A stretch of DNA of 64,000 nucleotides from Ramlibacter sp. (GTDB lineage: Bacteria; Pseudomonadota; Gammaproteobacteria; Burkholderiales; Burkholderiaceae_C): NCBI RefSeq assembly GCF_036676645.1, contig NZ_JAKFCM010000018.1, positions 5,680-69,679 of the forward strand, in the 5' to 3' direction. A program made the position numbers and the translations under genes. The notes under the pieces were generated by a model that saw only the letters and a program-made list of their open reading frames with translations, did not search any database and was not told where the DNA came from. Shown piece after piece: positions 1 to 8,884 of this stretch. Positions within the stretch are counted from its first letter, which is position 1. Every line of letters starts with the position of its first letter.

Positions 1-177
1 CTCAGCCGGATAATGACTGCGCAGTTCGCGCAGCCGCACCGGCTGCGACAGGGAGGACTCGAATGCCGCACAGAGGCGGGGCTTGCAGACCCCGGCGGCT
101 CGCGGGACCACCGCCTCGGGCGGGCGGCCGCAGCCACGACCCATCCTGCCCTTCGCGCGATGACAGGCGCGCAGGGG

Positions 178-199
178 CACTTTCCCTATCCCACTTTCC
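178..199 (+). promoter_or_regulatory. Direct repeat CACTTTCC (178-185 and 192-199) upstream of the first gene; possible regulator site
   Basis: Exact 8-nt direct repeat with 14-bp periodicity in a locally AT-richer stretch 27-48 nt upstream of ATG 226. Function not demonstrable from sequence. Confidence 0.25.
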
Positions 200-225
200 A
201 TTTCACACCTGAAGAGGAGGACTCC

Positions 226-893
226 ATGTTCACCATCCCTGCAGCATCCACACCGATGCACCGTGCCCTGCACGCGTTCCAGCTCCCGTTTCCCCCCGAC
301 GAGCCCGAGGCCGATGGCAGCCGCGAAATCGCCATCGAAGACCTGACCATCCGCTGCTTGCGCAAGGCATCCGACATCCGGGAGCTGAGCCAGCTGCGCC
401 GGCAGATCGATCTGAGGGCGGCCGCTTCGGCGGACCCGCAGTTCGCCACCCGCGAAAAAAAAGAGACGAATTGGGCCGGGTGTTCGCTTTCGAGCTTCAT
501 GGCCGCCTGATCGGCACCATTCGGCTGGTCCCTCTGGGCCACGGGCTCACCTTGACCGAGCAGTTACTCCAACTTTCCGATCCCCGCGCGCTTTCCCGCT
601 GGCCCAGGGCCTGGGACGCCGGACGGCTGGTTGTCGCACCCGAGTACCGGGTCGGCCAGGATGTCCTCAAGCGCTGCCTGCACCTGACACTCACCGATCT
701 GCTCGAGCACGCGAATGTGCAACACCTCGTCGGCTCCTGCACCCACGTCCTCAGCCGCCTGTACCGCCGCTTTGGCTTTTCGTTGATCGCACGCGATGTG
801 CTCCTGCCCGGCACCGAAAAGACCTACTGCCTCATCCACGGTGAGGTCGAGTGTGTCCGCGAAGCCCTGACTCCCGCCGCTGCCGAGGTCTGA
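226..893 (+). pseudogene. GNAT-superfamily N-acyltransferase (LuxI/FeeM-like layout), reading frame interrupted at an A8 run
   Basis: ATG 226 is preceded by GAGGAGG (214-220). The frame-1 ORF (inside 13..510) and the frame-3 ORF 471..893 join into one sensible protein (..FATREKK/RDELGRVFAFELHGRLIGTIRLVPL..WDAGRLVVAPEYR..) only with a -1 shift inside AAAAAAAA at 455-462. Family call is from motif pattern only. Confidence 0.6.
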
Positions 894-894
894 C

Positions 895-3393
895 GTGAAC
901 GCGCTCCAACAATTCTGGTCACGGCACGTCTGGTCCCACTACGTCGCGCATGCGGAGTACATGCGCCACCTTCCCAAGGCGGTGGGCGTGGTGGGTGCGA
1001 TCGCCTTCCCGCTGTTCTACGCCTTGCACGAGCTGCGCGGCACCAAGGGTTACGACAGCGCCTGGCTGCGCGGCACCGCGGCGCTGCTGTGCCTGGGTTT
1101 GGCCTTGCGCGACCACTGGCCGCAACGCTTCCGGTCATGGTACGTGCCGTGGTCGTACTTCACCTACCTGTTCTGCCTGCCGTTCCTCATGGTCTTCCTC
1201 GCCCTGAAGAACGGCGGTGGCTCGGTGGCGGTCGCCAACACCTTCATGGGCATCTTCTTCCTGGTGCTGCTGACCGACTGGCGCAATACCGTGGTGATGG
1301 TGGTCGCCGGTGCGGGCGCCGCTACCCTGGCCTACATCGCCACGACACCGCAGCCCGCAATGCCGGTGGACTACCTGGGCCGGCTGCCCACGCTGATCCT
1401 GGTGATCATCGGTGGCAACGCGTTCAAGCTGTCGGAAAAGCAGATCCAGGCCGAGCGACTGGACGCCGCCACGGTGCTGGCCGGCACGATCGCGCACGAG
1501 ATGCGCAATCCGCTTGGCCAGCTGCGCCACAGCCTGGCCGGCATCCAGCGCACGCTACCGGGACCGGGTACACTGGGCCGGCTGAGCCCGCTCGTGCCCG
1601 ATCAGGTCGACAAGCTCTACGAACAGCTGGCCAAGGGTGAGCAAGCCATCGACCGCGGCCTGCAGGTGATCACCATGACGCTGGACGCGCTCAGTGCCAA
1701 GCCGCTGGACGCCGCCGCGTTCGACCTGCTGTCGGCCGAGGAAGTGGTGCGCAAGGCGGTTGACGAGTACGGCTACGACAGCGATGCGGCGCGCCAAAGC
1801 ATGCGGGTCGACGTCCAGCAGGATTTCCAGTTCCGCGGCGACGAAACGGCCTACCTGTTCGTCCTGTTCAACCTCATCAAGAATGCGCTGTACTACCTTG
1901 GCCCGTATCCCGGAACACAGGTGACGATCACGATAGGCGACCACCGGGTCACGGTGCGGGACAACGGTCCGGGCATCGCGCCCGACGTGCTGCCCACGCT
2001 GTTCGAGCCGTTCCGATCCGTTGGCAAGTCGGGCGGAACCGGACTGGGGCTGGCGTACTGCCGGCGCGTGATGATGGCGTTCGGTGGTTCGATCCGCTGC
2101 CAGTCGCAGCCCGGCGCCTTCACCGAGTTCATCCTCGAATTCCCGATCGTGGGCGAGCAGGCCAGGGAGCAGCACCACGCCAATGCGCTTGAAAAGGCGC
2201 GCGAGGCCCTCGCCGGCAAGCGGCTGCTGATGGTGGAAGACGATGCGGCCCAGCGTGCCCTCAACCGTCGCAAGTTGCGCCCGGTGGAGCTCGTGGTCGA
2301 CGAGGCCGCCGACGGCCAGCGGGCGCTGGACCTGCTGGCCCGCTACCCCTACGACCTGGTGCTGCTCGACCTGAACATGCCGGCGGTCGACGGCTACCAG
2401 GTCGCGCAGCGGCTGCGCCAGGGCCAGGCACCCGCCAACCGTTACGTCCGCATCGTCGCCCACACCAGCGAGCCGGCGCAGGTGGCCCGCGTCAAGACGC
2501 AGCGCGCCGGCATGGACGGCTTCGTCGCCAAGCCCTGCGCCCAGCTGCCGCTGGTGCAGGCGCTGGTGGCGGCGCTGCAGCGGCACGGGGCCGAGGTGGC
2601 GGCGCATGCGCTGACAGGCCGGCGCGTGCTGCTGGCCGACGACAGCGCCTACAACCGGCGCGCGGTGGCCGCCTACCTGCGCGAAGCGGGGGCCGAGGTG
2701 GTCGAGGTCGACCACGGCCAGGCGGTGTTGCAGGCACTGGCCGCGGGAACGGCCTTCGACGCCGTGCTGATGGACCTGGGCATGCCCGGCATGGGCGGGC
2801 TGGACACGGCCCGCGCCGTGCGCGCCAGCCGGCAGCCCTGGGCGCGCGTGCCCATCGTGGCGCTGACCGCGCATTCCGACGCGCCGGCCATGCAGGGCGC
2901 TCGCGAGGCGGGGATGGATGGCTTCCTGGTCAAGCCGGTCGAGGCCATGCAGCTGTACGAGGCGCTGGGCGCGGTGCTGGCGGGCGGTGCCGCCCAGGCC
3001 CAGCGCCCGGCGGTACCGGCTGCGGGCGGCGACGACGCGCCGCTGCTCAACGAGGCCCGGCTGCAGAGCTACTGCCGGCTCGGACTGCTGGACGAACTGC
3101 TGGCCGACTACCTGCCCGAGATCGCGCGGCTGGTCGGCCAGCTCGAGCAGGCAGCGCAGGGGCAGGACCTCGCCCGTGCCCAGGAAACCCTGCACTCGCT
3201 GCTGGGCATGAGCGGCGAGGCGGGCGCACTCGCGCTGTACCAGCTGGTGCGGCGGGTCTACGTGCCGGTGCTGGAGGAGAGGCGCTGGCCGTCGGACGCC
3301 GGCTGGCTGCAAAAGGTGCAGGCCCTGGCGGAGCGCACCGAGCAGGCGCTGCGCGACTACGGCGCACGCCAGCAGCGTTCGCAGGAGGCCTAG
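895..3393 (+). CDS. Hybrid sensor histidine kinase: 6 TM helices, HisKA, HATPase, REC, REC, HPt
   Basis: 832-aa ORF with GTG start 1 nt after the upstream TGA. Six hydrophobic segments lie in aa ~29-180. H-box AHEMRNPL; G-boxes DNGPGI/GTGLGLAY. Two receiver domains (DLVLLDLNMP, DAVLMDLGMP) and a C-terminal HPt-like LHSLLGMSGEAGA. Confidence 0.9.
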   Translation: MNALQQFWSRHVWSHYVAHAEYMRHLPKAVGVVGAIAFPLFYALHELRGTKGYDSAWLRGTAALLCLGLALRDHWPQRFRSWYVPWSYFTYLFCLPFLMVFLALKNGGGSVAVANTFMGIFFLVLLTDWRNTVVMVVAGAGAATLAYIATTPQPAMPVDYLGRLPTLILVIIGGNAFKLSEKQIQAERLDAATVLAGTIAHEMRNPLGQLRHSLAGIQRTLPGPGTLGRLSPLVPDQVDKLYEQLAKGEQAIDRGLQVITMTLDALSAKPLDAAAFDLLSAEEVVRKAVDEYGYDSDAARQSMRVDVQQDFQFRGDETAYLFVLFNLIKNALYYLGPYPGTQVTITIGDHRVTVRDNGPGIAPDVLPTLFEPFRSVGKSGGTGLGLAYCRRVMMAFGGSIRCQSQPGAFTEFILEFPIVGEQAREQHHANALEKAREALAGKRLLMVEDDAAQRALNRRKLRPVELVVDEAADGQRALDLLARYPYDLVLLDLNMPAVDGYQVAQRLRQGQAPANRYVRIVAHTSEPAQVARVKTQRAGMDGFVAKPCAQLPLVQALVAALQRHGAEVAAHALTGRRVLLADDSAYNRRAVAAYLREAGAEVVEVDHGQAVLQALAAGTAFDAVLMDLGMPGMGGLDTARAVRASRQPWARVPIVALTAHSDAPAMQGAREAGMDGFLVKPVEAMQLYEALGAVLAGGAAQAQRPAVPAAGGDDAPLLNEARLQSYCRLGLLDELLADYLPEIARLVGQLEQAAQGQDLARAQETLHSLLGMSGEAGALALYQLVRRVYVPVLEERRWPSDAGWLQKVQALAERTEQALRDYGARQQRSQEA

Positions 3394-3402
3394 CATCCCG
3401 CC

Positions 3403-4572
3403 ATGGAATCGGGCATCGCACGGGGCATCCTGTTCGTCGACGACGACGAGCGCTCGCGCAAGTGGTTTGCGCGCAGCTTCGGCGGCGAGTTCGACGTCGC
3501 CACCGCCGGCAGCGCCGGCGAGGCGCTGGCCGCCCTGGCCGAGCGCGGCGACCGCTTCGCGGCCCTGGTCACCGACTACCGCATGCCGGAGCAGGACGGC
3601 ATGGACCTGCTGTGCCGCGTGCAGCGCGAGCACCGCCACGTGGTGCGGCTGCTGGCCACGGCGTATGCGGAGAAGGACGTGGCCATCGCCGCCGTCAACC
3701 AGGGCCGGGTGCTGCGCATCCTGGAAAAGCCGCTGGAGGACGAGCCCACCCGCGAGGCGCTGCGCGAGGCGCTGGCCCTGCACCGCACCCAGGCGCTGGA
3801 GCGCGCCATCAACGAGAACCGCGCGGCGGCGCTGCGCGAGACGCTGGGGTTCCTGGCACACGAGCTGAACACGCCGCTGGCGACGGTGCGAGGCTGCGTG
3901 GCCAGCGTCGCCTCGCGCCACCTGCCGCCCACGCCGCAGTCGGCGCCGGGGATCGCGCGCTTCGAGGAACACCACCCTGGCGAGCTGCTGGCCGCGCTGG
4001 AGCGGGCCGAGCGGCGCGCGCAGTACTGCCAGTCGCTGGTGTCCACCTTCCTGCAGTCCGCGCGCGACGCCTATCCCGGCGCGGCGCCGCAGACGGTCGG
4101 CGCGGCAGCGCTGCTGGCGGCCCTGCGCGACGAGTTCCCGTTCGAGGACGGCGAGCGCGGCTGGGTCTCGTTCCGCGTGCAGCAGGACTTCCGCCTGCCG
4201 GGCCGCCGCGACCTGCTGTACCTGGTGCTGTGCACGCTGGCCAAGAACGCGCTGCAGGCGCTGCGCGAAGCGCCGCAGCCCCGGCTGGCGGTCGAGGCCG
4301 GCTGCGATGCGGGCGAGGGCGGTGCGCGGGGCTGGATCCGTTTCCGCGACAACGGCCCGGGCATTCCAGCGGCCGTCCTCGAGCGCCTCACGCGCGAGCC
4401 GGTCACCACCCGCGCCGCCAGCGGCGGCAACGGGATGGGCCTGATGTTCTGCCAGCGCGTGATGCAGGCGGCGGGCGGCGCCGTGCGCGTCGAATCCGCC
4501 GAAGGCGCGGGCACCACGGTGTGGCTGGACTTCCTGCGCTCGGTGCAGCCGGCCGAAGCGGCGCCGGCCTGA
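3403..4572 (+). CDS. Response-regulator receiver fused to histidine kinase (REC-HisKA-HATPase)
   Basis: 389 aa. REC motifs are ILFVDDD, TDYRMPEQDG and LEKP. H-box is AHELNTPL. ATPase motifs are DNGPGIP and GNGMGLMFCQ. Starts 9 nt after the upstream stop. Confidence 0.85.
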   Translation: MESGIARGILFVDDDERSRKWFARSFGGEFDVATAGSAGEALAALAERGDRFAALVTDYRMPEQDGMDLLCRVQREHRHVVRLLATAYAEKDVAIAAVNQGRVLRILEKPLEDEPTREALREALALHRTQALERAINENRAAALRETLGFLAHELNTPLATVRGCVASVASRHLPPTPQSAPGIARFEEHHPGELLAALERAERRAQYCQSLVSTFLQSARDAYPGAAPQTVGAAALLAALRDEFPFEDGERGWVSFRVQQDFRLPGRRDLLYLVLCTLAKNALQALREAPQPRLAVEAGCDAGEGGARGWIRFRDNGPGIPAAVLERLTREPVTTRAASGGNGMGLMFCQRVMQAAGGAVRVESAEGAGTTVWLDFLRSVQPAEAAPA

Positions 4573-4684
4573 GGCGCACTGTTCCGCGCGCGACGCCCGC
4601 ACGTGCGCGCTCGCCGGCAGCGCCGACATTTCGCCGTAGCATTGACCCTTTCCGGACCACGAAGCCGCAAGAGAAGGAGACGAC

Positions 4685-6313
<1,629 letters not shown>

Positions 6314-6436
6314 ATCCTGCCCCTGTCGCTGTCTCCTGCGCGATAGGAGGGCCGTGTCTTACGGGCATTCCCTGACGGTTGCGCTGCACAAAAAAATGTA
6401 CCCTGCGCGCACTACGAACCACCCAGGAGACACGAG

Positions 6437-7741
6437 ATGAGTTTCGCGCTGAGGCATGTCACCGTGGCTGCCGTGCTCGCCATGTGCGGCACCGGCCTTG
6501 CGTTCGCCCAGGCCGCCAGGCCGGCCCCGGCCAAGCCGGCCGCCCAGGCCGCTGCGCCGGCAACGGGTGGCGCGCTCAAGAACGAAACCGTGCGCATCGC
6601 GTTCATGGATCCTCTGTCCGGCCCGTTCGCCAACGTGGGCCAGAACCAGCTCAAGAGCTGGCAGTTCGCCGCCGAGCAGCTGTCCGGTCGCGCCCCGTCG
6701 GGCGTGAAGTTCGAGGTGGTCGGCTTCGACAACAAGGGTTCGCCGCAGGAAAGCCTGAACACGCTGAAGGCCGCCATCGACCAGGGCTTCCGCTACGTCA
6801 CCCAGGGCAATGGATCGGGCGCGGCCACCGCCATCCTGGACGCCGTCTCCAAGCACAACGCGCGCAATCCGGGCAAGGAGGTCGTCTACTTCAACTATGC
6901 GGCGGTCGACCCGGCCCTGACCAACGAGAAGTGCGACTACTGGCACTTCCGGCTGGACGCCGACACCTCCATGAAGATGGAGGCGCTGACCTCCTTCATG
7001 AAGGACCAGCCCAACGTCAAGAGCGTCTACCTGCTCAACCAGAACTACTCGCACGGCCACCAGGTCGCCAAGTACTTCAAGGACGCGATCAAGCGCAAGC
7101 GTCCGGACGTCAAGATCGCCGGCGAGGACCTGCACCCGATCGGCCAGGTCAAGGACTTCTCGCCCTACGTCGCCAAGATCAAGCAGTCCGGCGCCGACAC
7201 CATCGTCACCGGCAACTGGGGCCAGGACCTCACGCTGCTGGTCAAGGCACTGAACGACGCCGGCCTGAAGATCCCGATGTACACCTACTACGCCGGCGTC
7301 ACCGGCACGCCGACGGCGCTGGCCGCCGGCGGCGACAGCGAGGTGTACGTCGTTGCGTACGGCCACTCCAACCACACGGGCGAGCTGGGCAAGCTGGCCG
7401 CCGACTTCCACAAGAAGTTCAACGACGACTACTACACCTTCGCCACCTACAACGGCATCAACCTGCTGAACAACGCCATGGCCAAGGCCGGTTCCACCGA
7501 CCCGGTCAAGGTGGCCCGGGCGCTGGAGGGCCTGTCGGTCAAGAGCTTCGCCGGCGACGTGCAGATGCGCGCGTCCGACCACCAGCTGCAGCAGTCGATG
7601 TACATCACCAAGTGGCAGAAGGCCAAGAAGGGCGAGTACAGCGTCGAGAACACCGGCTACACCTTCGTGAACATCAAGCAGATGGATCCGTACGTGTCCA
7701 GCACGCCGACCAGCTGCCAGATGAAGCGCCCGGGGGCGTGA
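6437..7741 (+). CDS. ABC transporter periplasmic substrate-binding protein (Liv/branched-chain amino-acid type fold)
   Basis: 434 aa with an N-terminal signal peptide (VAAVLAMCGTGLAFAQA). Type-I periplasmic binding protein pattern, followed by permease and ATPase genes. Confidence 0.85.
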   Translation: MSFALRHVTVAAVLAMCGTGLAFAQAARPAPAKPAAQAAAPATGGALKNETVRIAFMDPLSGPFANVGQNQLKSWQFAAEQLSGRAPSGVKFEVVGFDNKGSPQESLNTLKAAIDQGFRYVTQGNGSGAATAILDAVSKHNARNPGKEVVYFNYAAVDPALTNEKCDYWHFRLDADTSMKMEALTSFMKDQPNVKSVYLLNQNYSHGHQVAKYFKDAIKRKRPDVKIAGEDLHPIGQVKDFSPYVAKIKQSGADTIVTGNWGQDLTLLVKALNDAGLKIPMYTYYAGVTGTPTALAAGGDSEVYVVAYGHSNHTGELGKLAADFHKKFNDDYYTFATYNGINLLNNAMAKAGSTDPVKVARALEGLSVKSFAGDVQMRASDHQLQQSMYITKWQKAKKGEYSVENTGYTFVNIKQMDPYVSSTPTSCQMKRPGA

Positions 7742-7748
7742 CGGCTCG

Positions 7749-7768
7749 CGCGCGGCTTTCGCCGCGCG
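7749..7768 (+). terminator. GC hairpin just after the binding-protein gene (CGCGCGGC-TTTC-GCCGCGCG)
   Basis: Perfect 8-bp stem with a 4-nt loop, 8 nt after stop 7739-7741. No U-tract follows, so it may be an attenuator or stabiliser rather than a full terminator. Confidence 0.3.
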
Positions 7769-7775
7769 ATTCGCA

Positions 7776-7932
7776 GGGGCTAGGGACTGGGGGCTAGGGA
7801 CTAGGGAAACAGCCAGCCTGTCCCTGTGTCGCCAGCCCCTTTTCATGATCGGGCCCCGGAATCTGCCGCCCTTTCCTGCATCCCGGACACCTGGCCGCCA
7901 GCCCTAGCCCCTAGCCCCCAGCCCCCAGCCCC
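7776..7932. repeat. 157-bp element bounded by 31-bp imperfect inverted repeats built of GGGGCTAGGG-type units
   Basis: Left arm 7776-7806 is GGGGCTAGGGACTGGGGGCTAGGGACTAGGG. The reverse complement of the right arm 7902-7932 is GGGGCTGGGGGCTGGGGGCTAGGGGCTAGGG, giving 28/31 matches by my alignment. The loop is 95 nt and the right arm ends at the TTG start of the next gene. Confidence 0.8.
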
Positions 7933-8880
7933 TTGGAATTCTTCACCATCTCCCTCCTGAACGGCATCAGCTACGGGCTGCTGCTGTTCATGCTCAGTTC
8001 CGGCCTCACGCTGATCTTCAGCATGATGGGGGTGCTGAACTTCGCCCACGCCAGCTTCTACATGCTGGGAGCGTATTTCGCGTTCACCACTGCGCAGCTG
8101 CTGGGCTACTGGCCGGCGCTGGTGGTGGCGCCGCTGCTGGTGGCCGTGCTGGGCGCGCTGTTCGAGAAGTACTGCCTGCGCCGGGTGCACAAGTTCGGCC
8201 ACGTCGCCGAGTTGCTGATCACCTTCGGCCTGTCCTTCATCCTGCTCGAGATGGTGCAGCTGGTGTGGGGCACGGGTTCGGTCGACTACCGGGTGCCGGA
8301 AGTGCTGGACGGGCCGCTGTTCACGCTCTACGGCACGCAGTTCCCGATGTATCGCGGCTTCATGATGCTGGTGGCGGTGCTGATGCTGGTGGCCATCTGG
8401 CTGCTGCTCACGCGCACCCGCATCGGCCTGGTGATCCAGGCGGCGCTCACGCACCCGCAGACCGTGGAGTCGCTGGGCCACAACGTGCCACGGGTGTTCA
8501 TGCTGGTTTTCGGCGGCGGCGCCGCATTGGCCGGACTGGCGGGCGTGATCGGGGGCAACGCCTTCGTCACCGAGCCGGGCATGGCGGCGACGGTGGGTTC
8601 GATCATCTTCGTGGTCGTGGTGGTCGGCGGCATGGGCTCGCTGTCGGGCGCCTTCCTGGCCTCGCTGCTGATCGGCGTCGTGCAGACCTTCGCCGTGGGC
8701 GTGGATGCGTCCATCCAGGGCGCACTCGACACCGTCGGGCTGCAGGTTTCATCCGACACGTTCGGGTACGCGCTGTGGAAGCTCAAGATCAGCCAGGTGG
8801 CTCCCATCCTGCCTTACCTGTTCCTCGTGCTGATGCTGATCTTCCGGCCCAAGGGCCTGCTCGGCACGCGGGAGGGCTGA
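7933..8880 (+). CDS. ABC transporter permease (LivH-type)
   Basis: 315 aa polytopic membrane protein (EFFTISLLNGISYGLLLFMLSSGLTLIF..). TTG 7933 is the only start after in-frame stop TAG 7912-7914, and no SD is visible. Confidence 0.85.
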   Translation: MEFFTISLLNGISYGLLLFMLSSGLTLIFSMMGVLNFAHASFYMLGAYFAFTTAQLLGYWPALVVAPLLVAVLGALFEKYCLRRVHKFGHVAELLITFGLSFILLEMVQLVWGTGSVDYRVPEVLDGPLFTLYGTQFPMYRGFMMLVAVLMLVAIWLLLTRTRIGLVIQAALTHPQTVESLGHNVPRVFMLVFGGGAALAGLAGVIGGNAFVTEPGMAATVGSIIFVVVVVGGMGSLSGAFLASLLIGVVQTFAVGVDASIQGALDTVGLQVSSDTFGYALWKLKISQVAPILPYLFLVLMLIFRPKGLLGTREG

Positions 8881-8884
8881 CGCG

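Noticed and set aside
13-225. N-terminal extension of the first ORF (MTAQFAQPHRLRQ...).
   Set aside because: A strong SD (GAGGAGG) precedes the internal ATG at 226, and the upstream part has no protein-like pattern.
6389-6412. Possible sigma-54 or regulator site around CTGCACAAAAAAATGTACC upstream of the binding-protein gene.
   Set aside because: It lacks the GG/GC dinucleotides at the correct 10-nt spacing and is not palindromic. It is only an A7 run in a plausible promoter region.
7776-7932. Whether the GGGGCTAGGG-type repeats are a small CRISPR array or a tandem-repeat locus.
   Set aside because: The units are only about 13 nt and are arranged as two inverted arms rather than direct repeats with unique spacers, and no cas genes are present. 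Reported instead as an inverted-repeat element.
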